Shown here one piece after another: positions 39,693 through 51,493 of a stretch of 64,000 nucleotides of DNA. Source of the stretch: Vicugna vicugna. Its lineage: Eukaryota. Each line of letters starts with the position of its first letter. The first letter of the stretch is position 1. A program made the position numbers and the translations under genes. The DNA lies in NCBI GenBank assembly GCA_013265495.1, contig MU057744.1:1639524-1703523 (forward strand). Direction: 5' to 3'. The notes under the pieces are model-generated. The model was given only the letters and a program-made list of their open reading frames with translations, was not told the DNA's origin and ran no database searches.

Positions 39693-39707
39693 AAATTCAT
39701 GATGAAG
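39693..39707 (+). CDS. RYR2: RYR2 micro-exon 5 (15 nt, phase 0-0): KFMMK
   Basis: ctcttttccttatgccccacag|AAATTCATGATGAAG|gtaagg. It supplies exactly the KFMMK between VDVEKW and TAQGGGHR. Confidence 0.95.
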
Positions 39708-42700
39708 GTAAGGCATTGGATCATCTGCTATATATGTAATACTTTGTATGTTTCAAATTTGGTTACTCATATTTAATTTTTGAATTCATGGCACTTTTCT
39801 TCACATTTTAAAGTTTTAAAAAATTAAATCACACTCTTGAACTTTAGATTTGCCAACAAATGATGTTTGACATCTTTGGGTCAGATGGTGACGTATTATC
39901 TCTTACTTAGCCAACGATAGGAGTTTCTCCCATTGAAACAGATTTTTTTTCTATAGCTCTCCATTTTGAATGATCCCTGTGGCGGCTATACTGGCTGGTT
40001 AGTGTTTGTGCACTCCTGCACAAATAAAGAAATTCACACACTGGGCAATTAGAAGAGGCAACAAGAAGTTACTGTTAAATTACTTTCTCCAGGAGAAGTG
40101 AAGATAATTCGACCTCTTTATTTCTCAACCAAATTAGAAAAATGCAAAGATTTTAAGAGGAGATAAACTAAAAGAGAAGAGTAAAATACAGTCATGTTGC
40201 TGGAGAAGGAGGAGAGGAAGAGTGAAATGTCATTCTTTGAGACATGAAGTTGAAATTTTTTGTTTCATTATCATATAGCTGCTGCATTTCTCATAGGACA
40301 TTCATGAAATTTATTTTTTAATCCTAAAAACTGAAAAACGGTCTATAGAGAAATTTATTGTGTTCATTTAATAAAGGCTTAATATAGTTTAACATTTCAA
40401 AATATACAAACTCTGAAAAATGTTAAAACAAAATTTGAACGTACATTTAAAAGGTTGCTTAGAACAAAAGGAAGCAAAGTATCCACGTCAGTCTTGAGTT
40501 ACGTTCATATTTGACAGAACCCTGAACCAGGGGCGTTGTCCTGACAAACGGATCTGTTCATTAACATTAAGAATTTGGCAGTTAGGGTGACAGAGCAGAG
40601 CACTTACTTGAAATCCTCGATCAGCAAGGACCCAAAACATTTTCCAGAATTTCAAATAACTCCAGCTATTATTTTTCAGTAGAAAATACTGTTATTACGT
40701 TGGGAAGGGAGGACATTAACTGCTCAGACATATCATGAAACAAGGGTTTTGGTTGGGAAAATGTTATGAACATGAATATGTTCTCTCTTTGCGAATATTA
40801 ATAAATAACTAATGAAATTAGGTTTTTTTTAAATTAGTTTTTCTTGCTAAATCTGCATTTACTGTACTCATTTTATCGCCTCACCCCTATCCAGATCCCT
40901 CGTTCAGTACCCTGTGTCCTTTTCCTTGGAGAGCGGGGAAATGGCTGGTTGCCTGAATCATGCACCTCAAGCTCTTTCGAGAGAGCAGATTCATCTAAGA
41001 CTCAATGCAAACAGAAAAATGATGTCCAGTCAGTTTAAACTAGGTGGGATACCTAAAATAATTTAATTAGGCTCTGATTTCTTCTAACTGTAAGACCCGG
41101 ATCCCCGTGAGTTATTTTCATGCCTGCATTGGATCACCTGGAAAGGTTAGAATTTGACTAAGCAGAGGGTATGTACATTAAACTACAATCGTTTAAACCA
41201 CTTAAAAGGAAAAAGATGCTAGATTTTATTCGGCTGTTACTTTAGTCATGATTTGCTCTGGGTTTTGTGCCTGGACACACCCTGGTTAGCCTCCCAGAAC
41301 CAGCTAGTTGCTTCTGTGCTCAGGAGCCCTTTTCTGCTGGTTTTCACTGAACGAAGATTCGTTAGTCCTGTTGCAGGTCTAGTCTGTTCCCTCAGGGGAC
41401 TTTTGGTTAGGTGACCATCACCAGTTAGCCATCCGGTGCCCACAGGCTCTTTTGACAGTGTTGAACTGGCTTGGCAGACACATTTATTTTGCACAGAAGC
41501 CACATTTGTCCTTAACTGTTATAACCATCCTGCGGATCTCTTATGTGATGCACTATTCAAGGTGGCAGGGCTGTTTCAGTAGCCCCTGCTGCCAGGGCCC
41601 CCCAGGTGGACCAGATTTCAGGCTCAGCTGGTCTGTGCTGCTCCTGTCCACCCCGTGCTGTTCATGTTTGCCTTTGGAAGTCACCAGATGATGTGAAGGC
41701 TTATGCATAGAGTTTTTTTTTTTCTCCCTGAAACAACTCATTACCCAAGTATTACTATTGGTATTTGAAGGTAACCTTAAAGGCTTCTCTGCTTAAATAT
41801 CTGAGTTTTGAAAGAAGTTCTCCAAGGCAGATTTCTTCTTGTTGTTGTCTATTGTTTTAAATTTTGGCAGTGTAGTTTAGTATTACCTGGGCAGTAAATT
41901 CTGTTTTTTAGGTTGCATTGTTTTTCTTCTGAGATGGTGTGTTATGTTACAATGGTCAAGGGATATAGAAAAGTTACCCTGTAGAGTCTGACTTTTAAAA
42001 AAAAAAAAAAACCCAGAAAACTTTTGCTTAATAAGGGCCTGGAATTATGAGAAATGTCCTACATTGATTAGCATAGCATTTTTGTACAGAAAAAAAAGAT
42101 TAGTAAAACAGAAATTCTTAAAATATTTAGATGTTACATAGGTAGTAAATTAAATGGTTCTAAACGGCAGTGACACTAGGAGTGTGTTAATAAGCAAATA
42201 CGTAGTACAAACATGTTTTAAAAACAGGGGGAAAAACCCCCAAAACAACAAACACAGAGCCAGTGATTTTTGTGTGTATAAACCTATTTAGTTGCTCTTA
42301 GTCATTACTACCCTGGCTTTCTGTGTTACGCTTTTCTGCTGTTACATTTTAAGCTTATAACAGTAATACCTCAAATGTAGCTACAGTGATCCAGTATTTC
42401 TATCTCCCCACAGAGAAGGATAACAGATGAATAAATTATGCCTTATGACTGCATATTGCTCTAAATCAATGTAAATGTAAAAGTATTTGCATCAAAGAGT
42501 CTGCTTACAAGATGGGTCCCCTAATTGTACATTTTTGGCAAGGTCCTTGAAAGCTCAAGGCGTAGGAATGCCTAATAATACCAAGTTGGTATTAATTTGT
42601 GGGAAACTTGATGTGTGATTTGGTTAGAATACATAAAGCATTGTTGTTTGGATTTTGTTTGTACTCTGGACTCTTTTTTACCACTTACAGTTTTCGAGTT

Positions 42701-44458
42701 TGATTTTTTTTTAACGCTATTGTTTAATATTCACCCTGTTAGTTATCTCAGGGGTAATGGGACCAAACCTATGCACAGAACTGAAAAATCTTTTGAACTG
42801 ATATTTTCAAAAAGTCCAGTTTACCTTTTATTAAATGAGTCTTGGCTCTCCAACACCAGGAATATTTAGAGGGAGTACTTTGGAAATGGTAGTCATTATT
42901 GTTTTTTTGTTTTGTTTTCCCCTGAGAGAGCAACAGCCCCTTAGGGTCGGCCCCCTCCATCTACAGTGCAGTGTAGTGAGAGTGAAGTGGTCTAGCAGAT
43001 GCTGACTTCAGGATCTGCAGAGGGGCGGTGAAGGGCTGGTGACAGCTCACCAACCATACCACAGGCTCCACCCACCATAGTGGGGAGCTGGGGTTTGCAG
43101 GACAGATCGTTGCATTTTCAGAAACAGATAGGGCCCAAGTCAGACTTGGAAATGCATGTCAAGGAAATGTAAGTTCCATGTAATACTTTTACTAAAAAGA
43201 CCTAGTAATTCATCATGCAGTTGGAGGTGTTAAGAAATAACACAGAATTAGTTCTTAAGCTTCTATTTTCTTTGTTGTTTGTGTGCAGATCTTTTGAAGG
43301 AAATCACATGGGATTCAGTATGTAATTGTTGAAGGGATGAATAATTAGAGAAAACTCTCATTTTGAAGGCAGAGGAAAACAGACTGTGAGCTCATGGTGC
43401 ATAATACTCTTGACATCAGATACTGTACCTCTTAGGCAGTAAATACCCAATAAATATGGGTTTCAAATGAGTGGGGAAAAGTGTTTCTTTTGTGTAGTAT
43501 TTACTGGAGAATTAGCAGGATTAAAGTATAGGTAGCATTAGTGTGAACACAAGGTTTATTTGTTACGTAAAATTTAATTTCTTAATTCTTCCTTTAATTG
43601 GTGCAGTTGAAAAGCACCGCTTACTTTGCCTGTGGTTTAGATCCCAGGGAACAATTAAATTAACATGTTAGCTTCAAAAAACACCTAGATTTTTTTTCCA
43701 AAGTGTTCCTTGAGTTTGTTGCCCCATTAACTTGATTGGTTCTTATCTGTTTGGTCCTGGCTGGATCCCCAGAGCTTACTGTGGTTATAGTTACAGCACT
43801 GTGAGCTTGTAGGTTCTGGCTTGGGTGGCCAGAGGGGAGGTCGACCCTGTTTCAGAGTGCTGAATTACTACTGCTGCTTGTGATATATGACCCAGCAGTG
43901 GTGGACTGTTCCTCATTAAAATTACTCTGGGGGGATACCATAGTCCACCTTCGGGCAGAGTGTCATATACAGTCTTGAAGGAATAACCCCAGCAGAGGCT
44001 AGCTGTCATCATAAAGTACTGGCAGTTCCCTAATGGGAGGAGGTCCATAAATACTTGTTCACTTAAAGCAAAGGCTAGGACAGATTTAATGAGAAAATTG
44101 ATGTGATGTGACCATAACACAGACCACAAAAAAAGAACCAAGGTACTGCTTTGGATGCATCTCACATACACAATTCTTTTCATAAATGTTTGTTGAATAA
44201 ACAAGTTATATGACCTGCCCTAGAGTGGAAATTACTGATTTTACTTTTCCTGAATCAGAGCCAATCACAATATTATTTAAAATGACAAGTTAGAGGAAAA
44301 GGACTGAGACCATGTGACAGAAATTACATTCACTGTGTTAACAGTGCCCTCTTAAGTAACAAAGTTAATTTAGTGTGGATTATTTGAATGCTTTTACAAG
44401 AATTCTAGTAAGACTAAATTTGTGGCATGAATTAGCATTTAAGTAGTGAGGAAATGTA

Positions 44459-44630
44459 TAGTGCTTGTACTGCTCCGTGTGGTCCCCGGAAAAGCAGCAC
44501 CTGCGTCATCTGGGAAATTTTTGGAATGAAACGTCTCTGTATTTACCCCATGCCTACTGGATTGGAATCTCTGAGTAGGCTCAGTATTCTTTGTTTTCAC
44601 AAGCTCTCCAGGTACTTCGTAAGCATTCCT
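44459..44630 (+). mobile_element. MER5A hAT-Charlie DNA transposon
   Basis: gtgtggtccccggaaaagcagcacctgcgtcatctgggaa...ttttcacaagctctccaggt. Confidence 0.85.
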
Positions 44631-44734
44631 CTATCTCACATAAGGGAATTTGGACTTTTTGCTATAAATAATTGGAAAGTATGAAAGGTTTTTAAGCCTG
44701 AAGATGATTTCATGAATTTTATGTTTTAAGAAGA

Positions 44735-44870
44735 CCCATTCATTGAAGAAATATTTATTTAGTCCTTAACTGTGTGCCAGGCATTTTGTAGGTACCTGGG
44801 GTACCATTAGTCCCTGCTCAGTGCAGAGCACAGTGTGATGGGAAATACAGGCAATAAATGACTGTGAATA
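44735..44870 (-). mobile_element. L2 3' end
   Basis: cattcattgaagaaatatttattt...ctgtgtgccaggcattttgtaggtacctgggg. Confidence 0.8.
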
Positions 44871-45138
44871 AATAACTACCAATTATGGTAAGTATTTACT
44901 GAACTCAAGTTCACTCTTCAAGAACAGGGTCAGCTGCTTGCCCCTCAGGAGAGGTTTTCGTGGTGGCGTTGCCACCCTTTAAGCATCCTTCCTACAGCAC
45001 TTTGCTCATTGGCAATAGCCCTTACTTTATTTTTTCCCATTAAACATATCCATGAGAACCAGAGGCCATATTATCTACTTAGTGAAATATATTCTTTTGT
45101 TTTTTTTTCCTTATCGATCCTTTCTCCGCTCTATGCAG

Positions 45139-45213
45139 ACTGCTCAAGGTGGTGGCCACCGAACACTCCTGTACGGACATGCCATATTGCTGCGCCATTC
45201 CTACAGCGGCATG
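45139..45213 (+). CDS. RYR2: RYR2 exon 6 (75 nt, phase 0-0): [25 protein letters not shown]
   Basis: Embedded in ORF 45052..45306. Splice sites are ctatgcag|ACT and ATG|gtgagt. Confidence 0.98.
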
Positions 45214-46099
45214 GTGAGTGCACAGTTTGAGTTCGTCTCTCATGGGGTCACGCTGATCTGTGTGTGCATACATGTTCAGAAAATATTGTTGATACCATTT
45301 CATTGATGGCTTTAATTAGCCTAATGTGTTTTTAAAATATCTTTCTACCCTGTTTAGTTTTCTCATTCATAAAATGAGGGTTAGCTTAGATGACCTGTAA
45401 GCTTCTTTGGCTTTTATCATTTTATCACTTCTGTTTGTAGTATCTTACTTTTGTTAGACTAGTTTTAGGAGGAGAGAGGTGTTAAGAGTAAATTGGAAAT
45501 AGTTCTATTCAAAAGTAGAAATTTTATTTTAAACAGTTCATTTGTTGGAGAATTAAAGTACCTTATTGCAAAATGGTATAAGAAAAACTGCCTGGGAGTT
45601 CCACTGTCAATTCTCCACTAACTTCTTTCCTTCTTAAGTAGGTGTTCTCTTTCTTTTTCTGTGTCATCTCCTTCTTTCACCCAGTTATCCATTGGGTTTC
45701 TCTCAGGCACAGTTTACTCACTCTTATACATACGTATATGTATACATACTTGTGTATGTATAAAATATATAAAAATACATAAAAATTCCATTCTTTTAAA
45801 AGCTTTATTAAGTTATAAAAGCAGTATATGTTCGTTCTATAAGATTTGGAAATTACAGAGGAAAAAAAATCTTCATGATCACACCAATGAGAGAAAATTG
45901 TTGGAGACTTTAAAAAAAATTCAGTCTTTTCTGTTCTTTAAATTCTTTATATAGTTTTTTTATATCCAGATTTTTAAAACATATTTTCACAGCAAGTATC
46001 ATCCGTGTTATCAAATTAATTTCATCAAATTAATTTTAGTGACTACATGATAGTTCAGTGTCTGAAGGAAGGATATAACTGATCATTCCTTTTATGAAG

Positions 46100-46770
46100 G
46101 AGGTAATTCCCAAAATTTGTAAATTGTTCCAGAGCAAAAACCTAAGCATAGGCTCAATACCAATACCCCCCAAAAAACACAGGAAAAAATCATCAGTCTT
46201 CATCCTGAATATTGATGTGAAAAGCCTGGTTAATAGAATCGAAAAGTATAGGAAGAGAAGTGTAGGTAAAGTATAAATATGAACTTAATGATAATACCAT
46301 TTTTATTAGTGTGCTTCATCACATTAATAGGTCAAATGAGAAAAATATGAAAAATTGTGATCATCTTAATAGGCGCTGAAACAGGTTTTTAATAAAACTC
46401 AACACCAATTCCTAATTAAAACTAAGCACTTATGAGTATTTCTTCAATGGTAAAGAAAATACCTATGTCAGACCCACAGCCAACCTCATACTTAATTGTC
46501 AAACACTGAAGCCATTCTTGACAAAACTGAAACAAACAAAACCCTCCAAGAATATGCTGTCTAACATTGTTCTGGAAATCTTGGCTGACATAGCACTCTG
46601 TGAAATAAAATAGAGGACAACACTTTAAGTGGCTGGATACAAGACAAATGTATACAGTAATCTTTTCTATATAGCAATCACACATTAAAACTTCATGGAA
46701 AGAATTCTACTGTCAGTAGCAATCAAAGCACGTGAAGTAATAAACGTGAGAGTGTTCAGAAAACTACTCT
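46100..46770 (+). mobile_element. Degenerate ancient L1 ORF2 (RT N-terminal region) fragment
   Basis: catcacattaataggtcaaatgagaaaaa...gatcatcttaataggcgctgaaa...ataaaactcaacacc resembles HHIN...II.IDAEKAF.KIQH, with frameshifts. Confidence 0.75.
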
Positions 46771-46784
46771 CTGTACATAGCAGA

Positions 46785-47110
46785 TGGGCAAGAGGCTGGA
46801 CTTGGTCAGTAGGTCTGGGTCCAGGCTCGCTTTCCTGTATGCTGTACAGCCTTGACAACCTTGCTGAACCTCTTTAAGCCTATAATTGTATCTGAAAATT
46901 GTATTCATCCATTCAACATGTATTATTTAAAACCTCCTGTGTGTCAGGTACTTTTCTAGTGCTAGTTATAGTAGTAAATAAGAACATGTCTTTGCCCTTT
47001 ATAGGATTAAATTAACATTTAGTGGGATAATTATAGTATCTACTGCACAGTTGCTGTGAACATTAGAGGAGAGAATGCACATTAGTAGATACAGTGTCTC
47101 CTACTGGAAT
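46785..47110 (+). mobile_element. MIR interrupted by an antisense L2 tail (L2 at about 46902-47022)
   Basis: The MIR core ...atctgaaaattg resumes as ggataattatagtatctac. The insert begins attcatccattcaacatgtattattt...tgtgtcaggtac. Confidence 0.7.
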
Positions 47111-47390
47111 ATATTGGGAAATATTGCAGAAGACTTTCATAGGGACTACTTTATGTTTTGGCCTGGGTGTCAGCAGTCTAAAATCGATACTTTTTCTCAA
47201 GGGCAGATATTTAATATGCTTAGATCTAAAGTCAAAACCTCAGGGACCACCGTGGATGCCTGTCTTGAGGTCAGACTCACACTCCTACACTGGCTTGGAA
47301 CATGTTTGGGGACTCTTGAATCATCTTCTCTATAACCTCGGGAGTCAGTGGTTTACAGTCAAGAGACAGAGTCTCCAGGTCAAGTGATTT

Positions 47391-47900
47391 TGTTGTGGAA
47401 AAATGTGTTACAGCTCGGTGTTACAGCTTAGTTGTGACAGCAGCCTGGATCTGGGCAAGAGACCAAGCAGCACTCAGAGAGTTGGAGAACTCACTTTTAT
47501 TACGCCAGCGGGCCCAGAAGAGTTAACACTCCAAGCTCTGGACCCCGTCTGTAGGTTTACACAGGCCTTTATAGGCTACCAGTTTTACACTTTGCAACAT
47601 TATATGCAAATAATATATAACAGAAGTTGACCAACCAGGAACAAGCTTTGTAGAAATAGACCAATCAGGAGTGAGAGGAATGGACCAATCAGGAGTGAGA
47701 GAAATAACCAATCAGGAGTGAAGGAAAAAAACAATCAGAAGTGAACTCAGGGAACCAATAGAATTTTAGGGGTAAGTAAGCTGTTTCAGAGGCAAAAAGT
47801 GAGATAGAGCCTCTGGGCCAGGGAACCAAATGGTGCTGACACTAGAGTAGTGGCCCTGCTTGGGGGCCCTGCTGGTTTTTTTATGGGGCTTCCCGCCTCA
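47391..47900 (-). mobile_element. Relatively young ERV solo LTR of about 0.5 kb, antisense to RYR2
   Basis: Bounded by TG...CA (left edge uncertain, 47391 or 47404). On the minus strand: TATAAA at 47568-47573, then AATAAA at 47496-47501. Tandem 23-24 nt CCAAT repeats at 47659-47760. Confidence 0.8.
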
Positions 47901-48752
47901 ACCACGGCACACACTTCAGCCTCACTTGCCGGCACATCTGTCCCCGATCAGTTTATCACCTGCCTTCTTACACCCTCTGAGTGGGATGGACCCCACTCCG
48001 TGGTAGGGCTTTTCTAGGCTTTGTGTCACTTGCCCGTGATTCTGGGAGGTCTGGGCTTGCTGAGTCCAGGCGTGTCTGAGCCCACTTTGTAGGATGCCTG
48101 TTCTTTTGGGGAGTGCCCTTGGTTAGTGTAGGTGGCAGTGTGTCTTGAGCTTGTGCCACATTCATCTTTGTGTTCTCATCCTTGTAACACTTCAGGAGGG
48201 TTTTGAGGTTGGGGTGGGGGATGGAGGAGTTGGCCTGAAAAATTATCCTAAACTTTATGTCCAAGCATACAAAGTTAGGAAAAACTTAAGAGAGGGGAAA
48301 GGAAGTCAGGAGATGAGGGTGTTGTGAGAGTTCCACTGCTCCTAGGGAAACACACATAGGTGTCCACATGACAGAGCCTCACTGCAGTGAGGGGGCAGGC
48401 TGCACACCCAGATCAATTCTGATGAATTTCAAAGAATTAAGATTCCAAAAATGAAAACAAAACTAGAAGATGAAAGTGCCCAGTTTTGAAATTCCTGTTT
48501 GGAAGAAGGATTTCTAACTGTTGAACCAGGTTGCCCTTTTGCTTGTGACCATGAATGTCACATGAAGCAAGAGATGTGCAGGCACATCCCCAGTTACGTG
48601 TCTTTTACTGACAGAACACACTTCTGAGTCTTTTCCCAGGGGAACAATCACACTCCAGAACGTTGCTCCCCATGAATGCTGTGTAAGTGCACAGAATTAG
48701 ACGTGGAGAGGACTGGACACTTAGTGACATCAGTGGATTCTCTGTCTTTCAG

Positions 48753-48831
48753 TACCTGTGTTGCCTGTCCACCTCCCGGTCTTCAACTGACAAGCTGGCC
48801 TTTGATGTTGGCTTGCAAGAGGACACAACAG
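48753..48831 (+). CDS. RYR2: RYR2 exon 7 (79 nt, phase 0-1): [26 protein letters not shown](G)
   Basis: Embedded in ORF 48687..48929. Splice sites are tctgtctttcag|TAC and ACAG|gtgggt. Confidence 0.98.
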
Positions 48832-50019
48832 GTGGGTGTCTTGGTCTGCGACGATGCTGTGTTCAGAGACAGCGTGGCCGGAACTGGGTTGGGAGCAGTC
48901 AGGAGGCACGTGGGAGATACAGAAGGTGAACAGTCTTGGGGATGGATTCAGGAAAAAGCAGATGACTTCCTCAGAGAAGTGTTTAGGAGAAGGGGGAGTC
49001 TACATGGTGCTCTTGTTGGTCATTCCATGTAGCTGGATACTCAAACTAGATGCCAAACCTCATCCTTTTGACGGAGTTGGGTAGAAAAGCAGTGCTTAGA
49101 CACACTGCTGTCTGTTAACTGTATTAATGTGCACTGATGGGTTTGCGAAGTATTGCTGCATATTTCTTGTATCCTTTATCTTTCATCTTAAAAAGATTGA
49201 CAGTGTAACGCAGTCAATGTCGACATTCAAACAAAGAGGTAGAAAATGTCTCCTTCAGTTCCCTGTCCACAGGTCATCGGGCCACATAGCTAGGTATTTA
49301 CATACTTTTGAAACAAAAAATATGTATTAACACATCTATCCTTTTGGAGAATCAAAATAGGAGGATATAGGCTTTACTTATGTCTTTGTTCTCAGTGCTC
49401 AGAAGACTTTACACTTTATACAGCTCTGTACAGTTTGACTGTTGTATCTTTTACAATGAGCATGCCTGACTGTGGAATTAAAAGTAAGTAAAAGACCAAG
49501 TAGAAAAATGAATGGGAGGAAACAGGCCAACTCTTGTTCAGCTGTTCCTTTCATGGGTGGATCAGGTTCTCACCACCCTCCTTTTTAAAATGCTTTCCTG
49601 TACTCTAAAATTTTCACAGATAAAATGGATTAAAAATAAAGCTGTTTCCAACCTAATTAACTTTCTAATAGACTAACACATCACCTAGTACAAGAAATGC
49701 CAAGAATACCAGACACCAAATAGATAAATGTATTCTTCTGGTTTTTATTTCATTTTTATGTAGGCTCAGTCATTCCTTTATATTTTGGCTAATTGTTTTA
49801 GTTTTCTCATTGTAATTAATTTACATCAGCACACAGTTATGTGAAAGACTCTTCAGTTCTCTCTCAGTCATAATCTATATAACTTGTTTTCGTACACTGA
49901 GATGACTGCATAACAGTAAAACCCACAAAAGAGGGTCATCCCTCTCCCTGTAGCCTGAGCCCTTTTCCCCATAGCTCTCTGCTTCTTCTGAATTACTGAA
50001 TTATGTGCTATATTTATCA

Positions 50020-50158
50020 TGTGTTATCTGCCTGCCTTGATCAGAATGAAACTCACAAGGCAGATACCCCTTCCTTCCCTGTTTGTGAATGTGTCCCCAG
50101 CTACTAAAGCAATGAGTGGCAAATAGTGTCTTATAAATGTTTGAGTGAATGAATGAAA
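50020..50158 (+). mobile_element. L2 3' end
   Basis: agaatgaaactcacaaggcag...ataaatgtttgagtgaatgaatgaa. Confidence 0.8.
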
Positions 50159-50307
50159 AACTCCCTACAACTCTAAAAGTGTTGTTCAATGATGGAAATA
50201 AGGAATTCTGCAGGATGATAGTGAGGTAGGACTCTGGTGTTAAGAAAAGCAGCTCAGAGCACCGATCACACATGGACTTTATGTAGCTTAAGAAATGTTA
50301 TTTGCTG

Positions 50308-50470
50308 ATTCACTTACTCACTTATGCACAATGGGTTGTTACTGGGTGCCTGCAGAGTGCTTGTCCGAGCTGAGGAAACCCCATTCAAAGGCCCTGCTAT
50401 CATGGAACTTACATTCTGGCATTGGGGAACTAGGAAAGAAACAAAACATAAGCGTTACCAAAAAATCATA
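50308..50470 (-). mobile_element. L2 3' end
   Basis: attcacttactcac...ggccctgctatcatggaacttacattctgg. Confidence 0.7.
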
Positions 50471-51380
50471 AAGCTGAGCACAGGGAGAGAATGATAATTA
50501 TTAGATAATTATTAGGATATCACTGAAATGATTCTCATTTTTGGACAGAACTTACATTTCGGTTTTAAAAGGAACTGTGAAGAGGTTGAAGAATTGTATG
50601 CCTAAGTTTATATGCTAGGTAATGGGACTGAAGTGTGAAGAATGGACATGTGGTTCATGAAGCTGTGCTTGACTTGTTCTAGAAGTAATTATTTGATTTA
50701 ATGTGTACCCAGACATCTTTATAATGTACCCTTCTGTTGCAGGATTCTCTGATATTTTACCCTTTGAGTGATAGAAACTACCCCGTTGTAAAACAACATG
50801 ATAAAAACAAGGCATAGGACAGTAAAACTTGGGTGACAATACTCGTACCCAGTTTGAATCAGCATCCCCCCAAATTGTTTTAATTGTTTTTTAAATTGTT
50901 ATAACATGACTGTCGTATCACAGACTCCCAAGTCCTGAAAATCAAGTAGCAAAAAACTAGATGTTATTAGAGATAGCAGTGTGAGCAGTATAATAGCCTG
51001 TGATTACATAGGCCTGAAGTCAGATCAGCATGGCCTTATGATAGCATGAAGGAGTATCTTTTTAAAGCAATTCTTAGTTGGGGGGAAAAGACACCGAACC
51101 TCCCCAGATGTCACAACCAGTTTCTGTAAGAACAATCTTTGCATTCTGGTATGTCTTGTCCTAAGCTAATTTGGCCTCATTCTTTCAGTTTTCAGAGTCT
51201 AAGAAATGAATTTGCATTACATTTCAGATTTCTAAACGTTGTGTGAATAGGGCAGTTTCATTTTAAGGAGACTGATTTTGAAGGCTTATTTCATTTCCCT
51301 CTTTTATTTTGGCGTCGCTGGCAAGGAAAGTAAATTTAAACTAAGGCGTTTCAGCGTTTCACTTTTCAATCATTGTGCAG

Positions 51381-51493
51381 GTGAGGCCTGTTGGTGGACT
51401 ATACATCCTGCCTCCAAGCAGCGCTCAGAAGGAGAGAAAGTACGAGTCGGAGATGACCTCATCTTAGTTAGTGTGTCCTCTGAAAGGTACTTG
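51381..51493 (+). CDS. RYR2: RYR2 exon 8 (113 nt, phase 1-0): (G)[37 protein letters not shown]
   Basis: Embedded in ORF 51278..51532. Splice sites are cattgtgcag|GTGAG and TTG|gtaagt. Contains the positions equivalent to human CPVT residues P164, R169 and R176. Confidence 0.98.

Noticed and set aside
42860..43150. GC-richer patch resembling an old ERVL LTR
   Set aside because: I could not identify termini or diagnostic family motifs with confidence.
43791..44204. 137 aa minus-strand ORF, the longest in the track
   Set aside because: No recognisable domain or splice context, and the length is compatible with chance in 64 kb.
47659..47760. Regularly spaced 23-24 nt repeats, superficially CRISPR-like
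   Set aside because: Tandem units without unique spacers, inside an LTR of a mammalian intron. These are U3 enhancer repeats.
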